In this document: positions 1 to 9,185 of the stretch, in pieces | Numbering within the stretch: the first letter of the stretch is position 1 | How the letters are laid out: each line of letters starts with the position of its first letter | Source of the DNA: an uncultured Pelagibacteraceae bacterium | GTDB lineage: Bacteria; Pseudomonadota; Alphaproteobacteria; Pelagibacterales; Pelagibacteraceae | Assembly: GCA_902539235.1 (NCBI GenBank) | Contig: CACBIC010000004.1 | Location: forward strand, 3,153 to 67,152 | Direction: 5' to 3' | Length of the DNA: 64,000 nt | Translations under genes and position numbers: made by a program | Notes under the pieces: generated by a model | Seen by the model: only the letters and a program-made list of their open reading frames with translations | What the model was told of the DNA's origin: nothing | The model's database searches: none

Positions 1-2
1 TT

Positions 3-476
3 CAAGTTTGGGCTGCAAAAGTAAAAGTAGATATAATTAAGTCAGAAATAAATAGTGACCCGGCTTCTGTTGCTTTTAAAACTGCTGAATTTGCAAAAAA
101 AAATGAAATTGATGTCGCTTTGATAGATACAGCAGGGAGACTGCAAAATAAAAAAAATCTAATGGAGGAATACAAAAAAATTATAAATGTCTTGAAAAAA
201 ATTGATGAGTCTTTTCCAAACGAAGTAATTCTAGTTCTTGATGCAACTACTGGTCAAAATGCACTTAGTCAAGTCGAAGAGTTTAGCAAAATACATAATC
301 TTACAGGTCTTATAATTACAAAACTTGATAGCACTGCAAAAGGCGGAGTAGTTTTAGCTATTTGTAAAAAATATGATTTACCTATAGTTGCAATTGGAAT
401 GGGTGAAAAAGAAGATGACTTACAACCGTTCAATGCTGAATATTTTTCAAAAGCTCTTTTAGGTATTGAAACCTAA
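3..476 (+). CDS. ftsY: Signal recognition particle receptor FtsY, 5' end outside window
   Basis: Frame is open from position 3. SRP GTPase motifs DPASVAF, IDTAGRLQ, DATTGQN, TKLDSTAKGG, GEKEDDLQPF. Confidence 0.96.
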   Translation, partial: QVWAAKVKVDIIKSEINSDPASVAFKTAEFAKKNEIDVALIDTAGRLQNKKNLMEEYKKIINVLKKIDESFPNEVILVLDATTGQNALSQVEEFSKIHNLTGLIITKLDSTAKGGVVLAICKKYDLPIVAIGMGEKEDDLQPFNAEYFSKALLGIET

Positions 477-1262
477 AAAATTTCTCAAAGCATTCATTAG
501 TTGATCATTAAATTCCATCATATGATCGTCGTTATCTGAAAAGTAACTGAATTTTGGGTTATTCGCCTTCTCAAATAATTCTACACCCATTTTAAAAGGA
601 ACAACATCATCTTTCTTTCCATGCATAATCAAAATAGGAATATTTAAATTTTTAATCTTTTTTAAAGAGTCGTACCTATCTTTAATCAATAAATCGATAG
701 GTAAATAAGGATAGTAAATTTTTGCTGCATCAGCGATTGAAGTAAAAGGTGACTCTAAAACAATGCCAGCAAAAGAATTGTCTTGACCTAACTCTGTAGC
801 AACACCAGTGCCTAATGACTCCCCATATAAAATTATATTTTTATTTTCAATTCCAGCATTATTAAGCCAATCAACTGATTTTCTGGCATCATTATACAAA
901 TTTTTCTCTGATGGTTTGCCTAGATTGCCGCTAAACCCTCTCCATGAAATAATAAGAATATTTACATCTAATTTATATAACTCATTAAGCTTATGCACCC
1001 TATTTGTGAGATCGCCTGCGTTACCATGGAAATATAAAATTGTTTTATATTTTTTTAAGTCTTTTTCCAAAAACCATGATTTAAGTTTTATATCTTTATC
1101 AACCTCAATAAAAACTTCTTTATATTCAAATTGAATTTCATCTCCAGTGTAGTTATTTTCGCTTGGATGATAAAGTAATTTTCTTTGATACAAATAAGTA
1201 AAAACTACAATTACAATATAAGCTAATATAATTGATGATAAAGCTAAATAAAGATACTTCAT
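459..1262 (-). CDS. Membrane-anchored alpha/beta hydrolase (ABHD13/Bem46-like)
   Basis: N-terminal TM helix, FHGNAG, nucleophile GESLG, HGKKDDVVP and a C-terminal His. Confidence 0.85.
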   Translation of the reverse strand: MKYLYLALSSIILAYIVIVVFTYLYQRKLLYHPSENNYTGDEIQFEYKEVFIEVDKDIKLKSWFLEKDLKKYKTILYFHGNAGDLTNRVHKLNELYKLDVNILIISWRGFSGNLGKPSEKNLYNDARKSVDWLNNAGIENKNIILYGESLGTGVATELGQDNSFAGIVLESPFTSIADAAKIYYPYLPIDLLIKDRYDSLKKIKNLNIPILIMHGKKDDVVPFKMGVELFEKANNPKFSYFSDNDDHMMEFNDQLMNALRNFLGFNT

Positions 1263-2161
1263 ACTTTTTTTCTAGCGAAATAAACTCCAGTAAAAACCAG
1301 TAAGCCACCTAAATAATGAAAACTTAGGAGAGGTTCTTCAAAAATTATTATTCCAAAGATAGATCCATAAACTGCGAATAAATATAAAGTAAACCCAGCA
1401 AAGGATGCGCCTACATATTTTTGTAACCGTGTATATAAGGAGAAAGCAATAATACTAGGTGAAATAGCAGCAAAAACAATCCAGAACAAAAATGTCTGAT
1501 TATAATTTGTCTTAGCAAAATAAATATTTTCCAAAATAAAGAATGGGAAAAGCGACATAAATCCAAACATTGCGATTAAAGTAAATCGAGCCATTAAACT
1601 AAATTTTGATTTCCAATTTAATAAATAAATTGAGTAAAGAGCCCAACCTAAAGCTGCTCCCAAAACCCATAAGTCACCTATTGTAAAATTTAGGTTTATT
1701 AAAAAATCTAAATTACCCTTAGATATAATTGTAAAAACACCTGCGATACAAATAAATAAGCCTAATATTCTAAAAAAATTAATTTTTTCTTTAAAGAATA
1801 AAATTGATAAAAAAATTATTATTACTGGTGAAGATGTATAGATTATACCAATATTTGCCATTGTTGTTGTCATGCCTGCAAGATTTGGAAAAGCCCCACA
1901 TATACCGCAACCCATTGAGCCTAAGAAAAAAAGCTTAAAAAACTCTTTATTAAAGTCTTTTTTATTTTTTAAGATTTCGTTAAAAAAAAATGGAAATAAT
2001 ATAATGAATACAGTAAACCATCGCCAAAATGCAAGAGAAATAGGAGGTACTGACTCAACGCCACCTCTTGCTACAATAGTGTTTGTAGCCATAAAAATTG
2101 GCTGGATTAACAAAAGTAAATAAGGAGCGTAAGGATTATTTTTTGTCAATGAAGGCTTCAT
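1259..2161 (-). CDS. DMT/EamA family permease
   Basis: 300 aa with about 10 hydrophobic helices. PPISLAFWRW and GDLWVL...WALYS are typical of EamA. Confidence 0.88.
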   Translation of the reverse strand: MKPSLTKNNPYAPYLLLLIQPIFMATNTIVARGGVESVPPISLAFWRWFTVFIILFPFFFNEILKNKKDFNKEFFKLFFLGSMGCGICGAFPNLAGMTTTMANIGIIYTSSPVIIIFLSILFFKEKINFFRILGLFICIAGVFTIISKGNLDFLINLNFTIGDLWVLGAALGWALYSIYLLNWKSKFSLMARFTLIAMFGFMSLFPFFILENIYFAKTNYNQTFLFWIVFAAISPSIIAFSLYTRLQKYVGASFAGFTLYLFAVYGSIFGIIIFEEPLLSFHYLGGLLVFTGVYFARKKV

Positions 2162-2312
2162 AGAACATCATTACAATTACCAAACCCATTAAAATATAAA
2201 CAGGAAGCACATCAAAAAATCCTATCATCATTGATCTAGTTAATGTTGTGGCTAAACCAATTAAAAAAAGGGTACAGAGACCAACGCCAATTATTATTGT
2301 AATTTTATCCTT
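2136..2312 (-). CDS. Small two-TM membrane protein, unknown function
   Basis: The ATG at 2312 (MKDKITII) overlaps the amidase end, and the ORF end overlaps the DMT start. Two hydrophobic segments. Confidence 0.65.
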   Translation of the reverse strand, partial: KDKITIIIGVGLCTLFLIGLATTLTRSMMIGFFDVLPVYILMGLVIVMMFYEAFIDKK

Positions 2313-3639
2313 CATCTCTACAATTTTTCTCAAGCCAGTTAGCTGTACCTAAAAATCTTAAATCATCAAGTTTATCACCAACTAACTGAACACCTAATGG
2401 TAAGTCATTTTCACCTGTAAGTAAAGGTAATGAAATTGTGGGCAAACCAAGATAAGTCCAGATTTTTTGGAAGTCCGCACTTCCAGTAGATTTTAATCCT
2501 TTGTCAGCAACTCCGCTTGATGATGGAGTAATAATTCCGTGGTAATCTTCAAAAACTTCTTTATAGGACTCATAACTTTGTTTCATAAAATCTGAGGCAT
2601 CACCATATTCTTTTGCTGAATATTTTAATCCTCTAGAGATAGCTTCTCTCATTTCTTTTGAAAGTTTAGTTTTATCTTTTTTATAATAAACTTGAAAATT
2701 ATTTGCCATATCAACTTCATGAATGATTTGATGATACTTTGGTATATCGTCAAAGTATGACGGTGTATCAAAAACCTCTATGTTTTTTTTGAAGTTTTTA
2801 ATTAAAAATTCAAAAGCTTGTTGTGATTTTTTATTTATATTTTTCCAATTTTTCGTTTTATAAAAAATAAACTTTGGATCAAAAACTGGTCCTTTTTCAC
2901 ATTCATGAATCATGTTGTCAGCAGCGAAATAAATTGTTGAGGGGTCATGTAAATCTTTTCTAATTAGTGATTTAGCTAATAATGCAACATCTTTAACACT
3001 TTTACCAAATACGCCCATTGTATCTAGTTTATCCGAAACTTTTAAAACACCGTTTCTAGATATTAGTCCATAAGAGGGTTTATATCCAACTACACCACAA
3101 TATGATGCTGGCCTGATTACTGATCCTCCAGTTTGAGAACCCACAGATAAAGGTGCCATATGAGCTGCAACTGCTGCTGCAGATCCACTTGATGATCCCC
3201 CTGGTGTTCTTGAATAATCATGAGGATTTTTTGTTTTAGATGGATGTATATATGCAAGTTCACAAGTAACAGTTTTACCCATGATAATTGCCCCTGAATT
3301 TTTTAATAAGTTTACAATTTCCGAGTCTTGTGAATTGGACATTTTTTTTCTAAATACTGTCCCACATTCTGTTGGCATATCATACGTACCTATAATATCC
3401 TTAATTGCAACTGGCATTCCGTGCAATGCTCCTAGAGGTTTTCCAGATTTTCTATAAGTGTCAGCTTCTTCAGCTTTTTCTAATAAAAGTTTTTTGTCTA
3501 AAAATTGCCAAGCCTGAACGTCTTTTTCAAATTTTTTAATTCTATCTAAATAAGCTTTGCAAAGATCTAAAGAAGAAATTTCACCAGAATGAAGTTTTTG
3601 CGATAAATCGTAAGCACTTAAAGTTGTGACGTCTATCAT
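2305..3639 (-). CDS. Amidase-signature family amidase (malonamidase E2-like)
   Basis: VAIKD, TPGGSSSGSAAAV and GSQTGGSVIRPASYCG supply the Ser-cisSer-Lys triad. Confidence 0.92.
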   Translation of the reverse strand: MIDVTTLSAYDLSQKLHSGEISSLDLCKAYLDRIKKFEKDVQAWQFLDKKLLLEKAEEADTYRKSGKPLGALHGMPVAIKDIIGTYDMPTECGTVFRKKMSNSQDSEIVNLLKNSGAIIMGKTVTCELAYIHPSKTKNPHDYSRTPGGSSSGSAAAVAAHMAPLSVGSQTGGSVIRPASYCGVVGYKPSYGLISRNGVLKVSDKLDTMGVFGKSVKDVALLAKSLIRKDLHDPSTIYFAADNMIHECEKGPVFDPKFIFYKTKNWKNINKKSQQAFEFLIKNFKKNIEVFDTPSYFDDIPKYHQIIHEVDMANNFQVYYKKDKTKLSKEMREAISRGLKYSAKEYGDASDFMKQSYESYKEVFEDYHGIITPSSSGVADKGLKSTGSADFQKIWTYLGLPTISLPLLTGENDLPLGVQLVGDKLDDLRFLGTANWLEKNCRDEG

Positions 3640-3647
3640 TTAAATTG

Positions 3648-5009
3648 TTAATTAGCGAATAATGTATCTGGCAACCAAAGAGCTATTCCTGGAAATAGAT
3701 ACATTAAAAACATGGCAAATATAACAATACCTAGGAAGGGCATAATGCCTCTAAATATTTCCATTAACTCAACATTTTTAGATTGGACACCTTTTAAATA
3801 GTATGCGGACATTGCCATCGGCGGTGTTAAAAATGAAGTTTGTAAATTCAAAGCGATAAGCATTGCGAAAAAATAGGGATTTACCTCAAAGAAAGCTACT
3901 AAAGGTAAAAATATTGGAACAAATATAATTAAAATTTCCGTCCACTCTAGTGGCCAACCTAATAAGAAAATAATTATTTGTGTGATTACTAAGAATTGCC
4001 ATGGTTGTAAATTCATTGATTTAAAGAAATGCTCAAAAACTTCATGGCCACCTAAGTAAGAAAAAACAGATGCGAAAGTCCAAGAGCCAATGAATAACCA
4101 CATTATCATTGCAGTTGTCTTTGCTGTTAGAAACACAGACTCTTTAAAATTTTTCCATTTTAAAGTCTTGTAAAAATAAGAAAGCACTAATGCACCAAAG
4201 GCTCCTACTGCTGCAGCCTCTGCAGGTGTAGCAAGTCCTCCTAAAATAGTTCCTAATACTAATATTATTAATGAGAAAAGTGGTAAGAACGAAACCATAA
4301 CCTCTTTTAAAATTTCAGATCTTGGCGGAATATCCTCTTTTGGAGGTTTAGGCGCTATTGATGGATTAAAATAAGCAAGTGTAACTGCGTACATTATATA
4401 AAGACCAGCTAATAATAATCCTGGGAAAATTGCTGCTGCGAACAATCTTAGAGGTGAAAGCTGAGCAATAACTGAGTAAACAATTAACATGATACTTGGA
4501 GGGATCAAAATTCCTAAACATCCGCCAGAACAAATTACTCCTGAAGCAAATTTTTTATCATATCCTGCCCTTATCATTGCAGGCCATGCAAGTAATCCCA
4601 TTAGTGTAACAACAGCACCAATAATTCCTGTCGCTGTTGAAAATAAAGCGCAAGTTACAAGCGCGGCAACAGCCATAGAGGCTGGTAATCTATGAGATGC
4701 TAGTCTGATCGCAAAAAACAATCTAGAAACTATTCCGGCTCTCTCAACTAAGTAACCCATAAATAAAAAGAGTGGGACGGCGGTTAAAACAGTATTATCC
4801 ATCACTGTATAGGTGTTCTGGACAAATAATTGGAAAATCCTATTATCAAAAAGATGTTCCATTCTAGTGGGATCAAAATAAGCGTAGTAACCAAAACCAA
4901 CTCCCATTGCCATTAATGTAAATGCAATTGGAAAACCAAGTAGAACTGCAAATAGAAATATGCTCATCATTAGAATTGCGATTTCAGGATTGGTTAAACT
5001 AAATAACAT
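3648..5009 (-). CDS. dctM: TRAP transporter large permease
   Basis: GFPIAFTL, AVPLFLFMG, LGILIPPS, ATPAEAAAVGA, SFLTPPM. Confidence 0.95.
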   Translation of the reverse strand: MLFSLTNPEIAILMMSIFLFAVLLGFPIAFTLMAMGVGFGYYAYFDPTRMEHLFDNRIFQLFVQNTYTVMDNTVLTAVPLFLFMGYLVERAGIVSRLFFAIRLASHRLPASMAVAALVTCALFSTATGIIGAVVTLMGLLAWPAMIRAGYDKKFASGVICSGGCLGILIPPSIMLIVYSVIAQLSPLRLFAAAIFPGLLLAGLYIMYAVTLAYFNPSIAPKPPKEDIPPRSEILKEVMVSFLPLFSLIILVLGTILGGLATPAEAAAVGAFGALVLSYFYKTLKWKNFKESVFLTAKTTAMIMWLFIGSWTFASVFSYLGGHEVFEHFFKSMNLQPWQFLVITQIIIFLLGWPLEWTEILIIFVPIFLPLVAFFEVNPYFFAMLIALNLQTSFLTPPMAMSAYYLKGVQSKNVELMEIFRGIMPFLGIVIFAMFLMYLFPGIALWLPDTLFAN

Positions 5010-5583
5010 CTTTTTGATCCTCTTCTTGTGAAGTTCTCATTAACATTTTTTCTGTTTCCTCTGCCACAACCATTCTTGCAGGCCAGTGACCGGTTTGAAT
5101 ACAAATAATTGCTCTACAAACTTCGCTAATACCTTGAATAATTAATAAAATTCCAGCAGCTGGTATCAAAGATTTAGCCATATAAATTTGGATTTGTGCT
5201 GGACTGTTCCAGCTTGTTTCTTTTATCTTCCATGCAAGCGAAGCATATTCATAACCGTAAAACGCAAGCGCGAGTACACCTGGGAAGAAAAATATAAAAT
5301 ATAAAACTAAATCGATATAACCTTGTGTTCTTGGTTTAAAAAGTCTGTAAATTACGTCACCTCTAACGTGAGCTTCTGTAGATAAAGTGTATGCGCCTGC
5401 CATCATAAAAATTGCGCCATACATTTGTAAACTAAAATCGAAATTCCACAAAGTAGGAGCATTGAAAGCATATGCCATAACGACTTCATAACAGGTTCCT
5501 CCCATTAAGATTACGATGCACCAAGAAAATGCCTTTCCTACGGAAGTACTTAAAGTATCTGCAAAATGAATAAATCCTCTCAT
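4999..5583 (-). CDS. dctQ: TRAP transporter small permease
   Basis: Four TM helices, GAYTL...HVRGD motif, located between dctP and dctM. Confidence 0.92.
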   Translation of the reverse strand: MRGFIHFADTLSTSVGKAFSWCIVILMGGTCYEVVMAYAFNAPTLWNFDFSLQMYGAIFMMAGAYTLSTEAHVRGDVIYRLFKPRTQGYIDLVLYFIFFFPGVLALAFYGYEYASLAWKIKETSWNSPAQIQIYMAKSLIPAAGILLIIQGISEVCRAIICIQTGHWPARMVVAEETEKMLMRTSQEEDQKDVI

Positions 5584-5621
5584 GGAATTTTAAACTATTC
5601 TAATTTTTTTGTAATTTCCAT

Positions 5622-5652
5622 AAAAAAAGGGGGCGCAAATACGCCCCCTTTT
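5622..5652 (-). terminator. Intrinsic terminator/stabilising hairpin after dctP
   Basis: The minus strand reads AAAAGGGGGCG-TATTTG-CGCCCCC followed by T7. Confidence 0.85.
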
Positions 5653-5667
5653 ATGTTTAAAATATAA

Positions 5668-6816
5668 TTAAATTTTAACTTTTGCTATTGAACCGAACTC
5701 ATTCTCGTAAGCCAACTTGTAATTAGGTTGGTTCATGAGTAAGTATTTCATAACTCTCTTCGCATAAGCCTTTTGTGAGTCTACAATCTTTTTAAAGAAT
5801 GGATCTTTCTTATTGAAATCACCGATTACTTTATCCCAACCTTTTAATTGTTGAGCTAAGATCGCATCTGACGTTTGATACACGTTTACTTTATGCTGGT
5901 TCATCAATTTAGATAAGTCAGCTGAGTATCTTACTAATGCTTTAAAGTAGTTATCACTGTTCGCAGCATAAGCAGCATTTTTTAGGATAGCCTGATGTTT
6001 AGGCGATAATCCATTAAATGTCTTCTTATTTACTGGGATTTCAAACATCTCTTGTGATTGGTGGAAGCTTCCTAAGTGATAATGCTTAGAAACGTCTTGC
6101 ATACCAAACTGAGAGTCAGATGTTGGGTTGTTAAACTCAGCAGCTTCAATCAAACCTGTTTTCATTGCGGGCTGAATTTCACCACCTGGTAATTGTCTTA
6201 CAACCATTCCCATTGCTGTTAATACGTTAGTAGCTAATCCTACTGTTCTGTACTTCATACCTTTTACATCAGATACTTTTGTTACGTTCTTTTTGAACCA
6301 TCCAAAAGGCTGTGCAGGCATTGGCATATGGAAGAAACCAATATAATCGAAACCAACTTTTGCAAGTGTTTCATCATAAAGTTTTCTACCTCCACCATAC
6401 TCTATCCATCCCATAATTTCTTGAGATGACATTCCGTATGACGGACCAGTACCGAATAGAGAAGCTGCTGGATTTTTTCCATACCAATAAGCTGTTACCC
6501 AGTGTCCCATATCAAGCACACCTGAACTTACCGCTTGTCCAATTTCCGAAGTCTTAACTACAGCTCCAACTGGCTGAAGATCAATCTTTAATTCACCTCC
6601 AGACATGTCGCCTACCATTTTTGCGTAGTCGCCAGCCATTTCAAAGAAAATGTTAGCGCCTGACGGCCAAGCCGCTTGCATCTTTAAAGTTTGCGGAGCA
6701 CCAAATGCAATGTTAGGCATTGCAACTGTTGCTGCTGCTGCAGCACCCGTAGCTGCTGCTGCTTTAAAGAACTTACGTCTTGATGGAGTTTTTACTCCTT
6801 TTTTTATTTTTGACAT
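5668..6816 (-). CDS. dctP: TRAP solute-binding protein, TakP-like (2-oxo/hydroxy-acid type), Tat-exported
   Basis: Twin-arginine signal SRRKFFK. YWYGKNPA, GWFKK, MKYRTVG, LPGGEI, AAEFNNP. GGAGG SD. Confidence 0.93.
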   Translation of the reverse strand: MSKIKKGVKTPSRRKFFKAAAATGAAAAATVAMPNIAFGAPQTLKMQAAWPSGANIFFEMAGDYAKMVGDMSGGELKIDLQPVGAVVKTSEIGQAVSSGVLDMGHWVTAYWYGKNPAASLFGTGPSYGMSSQEIMGWIEYGGGRKLYDETLAKVGFDYIGFFHMPMPAQPFGWFKKNVTKVSDVKGMKYRTVGLATNVLTAMGMVVRQLPGGEIQPAMKTGLIEAAEFNNPTSDSQFGMQDVSKHYHLGSFHQSQEMFEIPVNKKTFNGLSPKHQAILKNAAYAANSDNYFKALVRYSADLSKLMNQHKVNVYQTSDAILAQQLKGWDKVIGDFNKKDPFFKKIVDSQKAYAKRVMKYLLMNQPNYKLAYENEFGSIAKVKI

Positions 6817-6820
6817 ATGT

Positions 6821-6844
6821 CCTCCGTTAGTTAATTAACGGAAA
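6821..6844 (-). promoter_or_regulatory. Hairpin sequestering the dctP Shine-Dalgarno
   Basis: Minus-strand RNA UUUCCGUUA-AUUAAC-UAACGGAGG forms a 9-bp stem (two G-U pairs) that covers GGAGG. Confidence 0.55.
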
Positions 6845-6928
6845 GATTTAAGCACAATCTCAAATCAGAGTCTCGATTTATTTTAAAATAATTTTAAAGT
6901 AAAATAATAGATTCAATCTATAGGTGTG

Positions 6929-7885
6929 CTAATTAACTTGATCTTGTGGTTTCTTTCCAGAGAAGAAGTCTTCTAAATTTTTCGTAGCTCTAAACGCCAT
7001 GTCCCACCTAGTTCTTTTTGTTGCGCTTCCTAAATGTGGAAGTAAGAAAATATTTTTTAATTTTAAATACTCTGGATGAATTTTTGGCTCACCATTGTAA
7101 ACATCTAAACCGTAAGCAAATACTTTTCCGCTTTTCAATGCTTCGATCATAGCATCATCGTCAACTATATCTCCTCTTGCTGCGTTACCTACAACAGTAT
7201 TTTCTTCTAGATAGCTAAGCGTTTCTTTATTCACAAGTTTTGTTGTTTCTGGAGTTGCAGGACAATTAATTGATAAAAATTCACTTTGTTTAAAAAGGCT
7301 TTTTAAATCTTTATGATAAATTGCACCATCTTCCAATTCTGGTGAAAGTTTATATCTATTATGATAATGAATTTCCATATTAAAAGCCTTAGCTCTTTTA
7401 GCAACTGCCCTCCCTATTCTACCCATTCCTAATATTCCTAGTTTTTTATTAGACATTTGTTTTCCTAACAAGAAATCCCATGACCATTTCCAATTTTGGG
7501 TTTCCGCTGCTAGACGTCCCTCATAAGCTTTTCTAGAAGCACCTAGTAAAAGTAAAATCTGAATATCTGCTGTAGCATCTGTAAGTACGTCGGGTGTATT
7601 AGTTACAATAATTTCTTTTTCTTTTGCAGCTTTTATATCTATATTTCCAAAACCAACTGCGCCATTAGCAATAATTTTTATGGAACTCGAAAGTTTAGAG
7701 ATGGTATCAGCGCTGATAGGATCAGATACAGAACTTAATATCCCGTCAAAATTTTTAGAGCCATCTATTATTTCTTGAGGTTTATAAATCTTATCATCTT
7801 TATTTAAAGTAACTTCAAATAATTCTTTAAGTTTTTCCTCATTTTCTTTGAGAAGTCTTCTTGTAACGAAAATCTTTTTTTTCAT
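6929..7885 (-). CDS. D-2-hydroxyacid dehydrogenase (glyoxylate/hydroxypyruvate reductase)
   Basis: NTPDVLTDATAD, GILGMGRIG, NAARGDIVD, LDVYNGEP, LPHLGSAT. Confidence 0.92.
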   Translation of the reverse strand: MKKKIFVTRRLLKENEEKLKELFEVTLNKDDKIYKPQEIIDGSKNFDGILSSVSDPISADTISKLSSSIKIIANGAVGFGNIDIKAAKEKEIIVTNTPDVLTDATADIQILLLLGASRKAYEGRLAAETQNWKWSWDFLLGKQMSNKKLGILGMGRIGRAVAKRAKAFNMEIHYHNRYKLSPELEDGAIYHKDLKSLFKQSEFLSINCPATPETTKLVNKETLSYLEENTVVGNAARGDIVDDDAMIEALKSGKVFAYGLDVYNGEPKIHPEYLKLKNIFLLPHLGSATKRTRWDMAFRATKNLEDFFSGKKPQDQVN

Positions 7886-7886
7886 T

Positions 7887-9185
7887 TTAAAAATTATTTA
7901 GTTTATACGGCTTGGGTCCTCCGGTAAACCAATCAAGTAACTCTACGGTATGGATAATTGGTATTCGAGTACCGGCTGAAATTTGTGTCATACAACCAAT
8001 ATTACCTGTTGAAATAAAATCAGGTGAAATTTTTTCTATATTATTTACCTTATTCTTTAAAAGTGATTTTGCCATCTTTTGATGTAAAATATTGTAAGTA
8101 CCCGCGGAGCCACAACACAAATGTCCTTCTGGGATATCTAGTACTTCGTTACCAGTTTTTGAAATTAAATCTTTTGGTTGATCGTGAACTTTTTGTCCAT
8201 GTTGCATCGAACATGCTGAATGATACGCTATTCTATATTTTTTTTCTGAGTTTAAATTTATGTTTAATTTTAAATTTTCGTCGAGGTATTCGGTAATATC
8301 TCTAGTTAATTCTGAAATTTTTTTTGCTTTCTTTTTCAGATCTTTATCATTTTTAAAAATATGACCATAGTCTTTTAATGTTGTCCCGCATCCAGATGTA
8401 TTACTTATTATCGCATCCAATCCATTTTTAAGATACTCTTCGTGCCAGCTCTCAATATTATTTTTAAATGACTCGTGCGCTAGTTTTTGTTTTCCCAAAT
8501 GATGATTTAAAGAACCACAACAATTAATATCAGGCATTACTACGACTTCAACATTGTGTCTATTTAAAAGTCTTATAGTGGCCTCATTTATTTCAGGAGA
8601 AATAACTCTTTGCACACATCCAGTTAATAAAGCCACTCTTGAAACCTTCTTGCCTTTATTAACCTCGTAAACTTTTTGATCTTTTAATTTTTTTCCTGGG
8701 ATTTTATCTGGCATTAAATTTAATGCGTTTCTAATAAATTTTGGAAATAAAAAACTAAATGGTTTAATTAGTTTAGATGATAAAGCCATTAACAAAAACA
8801 TTTTTGGTCTCGGTAGTACAAAAGAAAGTATATTTCTAAATACTCTATCTAAAAAAGGCCTTTGGTAAGTTTCCTCAACATAATTCCTACCATGGTCAAT
8901 TAAATGCATATAGTTCACTCCTGAAGGGCAAGTCGTCATACATGAGTAACAGGATAAACAGCTATCAATGTGTTTTGCTATTTCTTTTGTGGCTGGTTTT
9001 TTATTCTCTAACATATCTTTGATAAGATATATTCTTCCTCTTGGTCCTTCTAACTCCTCTCCATTTACTTGATAAGTAGGGCAAGTAGCATTACACATTC
9101 CGCAGTGAACGCATTTCCTTATAATTGTTTCACTCGTTTTATTATCTTTGTCTTGAAGTTGTTTATCTGTAAATGATGTTTGCAT
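7887..9185 (-). CDS. glcF: Glycolate oxidase iron-sulfur subunit
   Basis: MQTSF start, CVHCGMCNATCP, CLSCYSCMTTCP, two CCG domains (CCGSL, CCGSAGTYN). Confidence 0.95.
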   Translation of the reverse strand: MQTSFTDKQLQDKDNKTSETIIRKCVHCGMCNATCPTYQVNGEELEGPRGRIYLIKDMLENKKPATKEIAKHIDSCLSCYSCMTTCPSGVNYMHLIDHGRNYVEETYQRPFLDRVFRNILSFVLPRPKMFLLMALSSKLIKPFSFLFPKFIRNALNLMPDKIPGKKLKDQKVYEVNKGKKVSRVALLTGCVQRVISPEINEATIRLLNRHNVEVVVMPDINCCGSLNHHLGKQKLAHESFKNNIESWHEEYLKNGLDAIISNTSGCGTTLKDYGHIFKNDKDLKKKAKKISELTRDITEYLDENLKLNINLNSEKKYRIAYHSACSMQHGQKVHDQPKDLISKTGNEVLDIPEGHLCCGSAGTYNILHQKMAKSLLKNKVNNIEKISPDFISTGNIGCMTQISAGTRIPIIHTVELLDWFTGGPKPYKLNNF

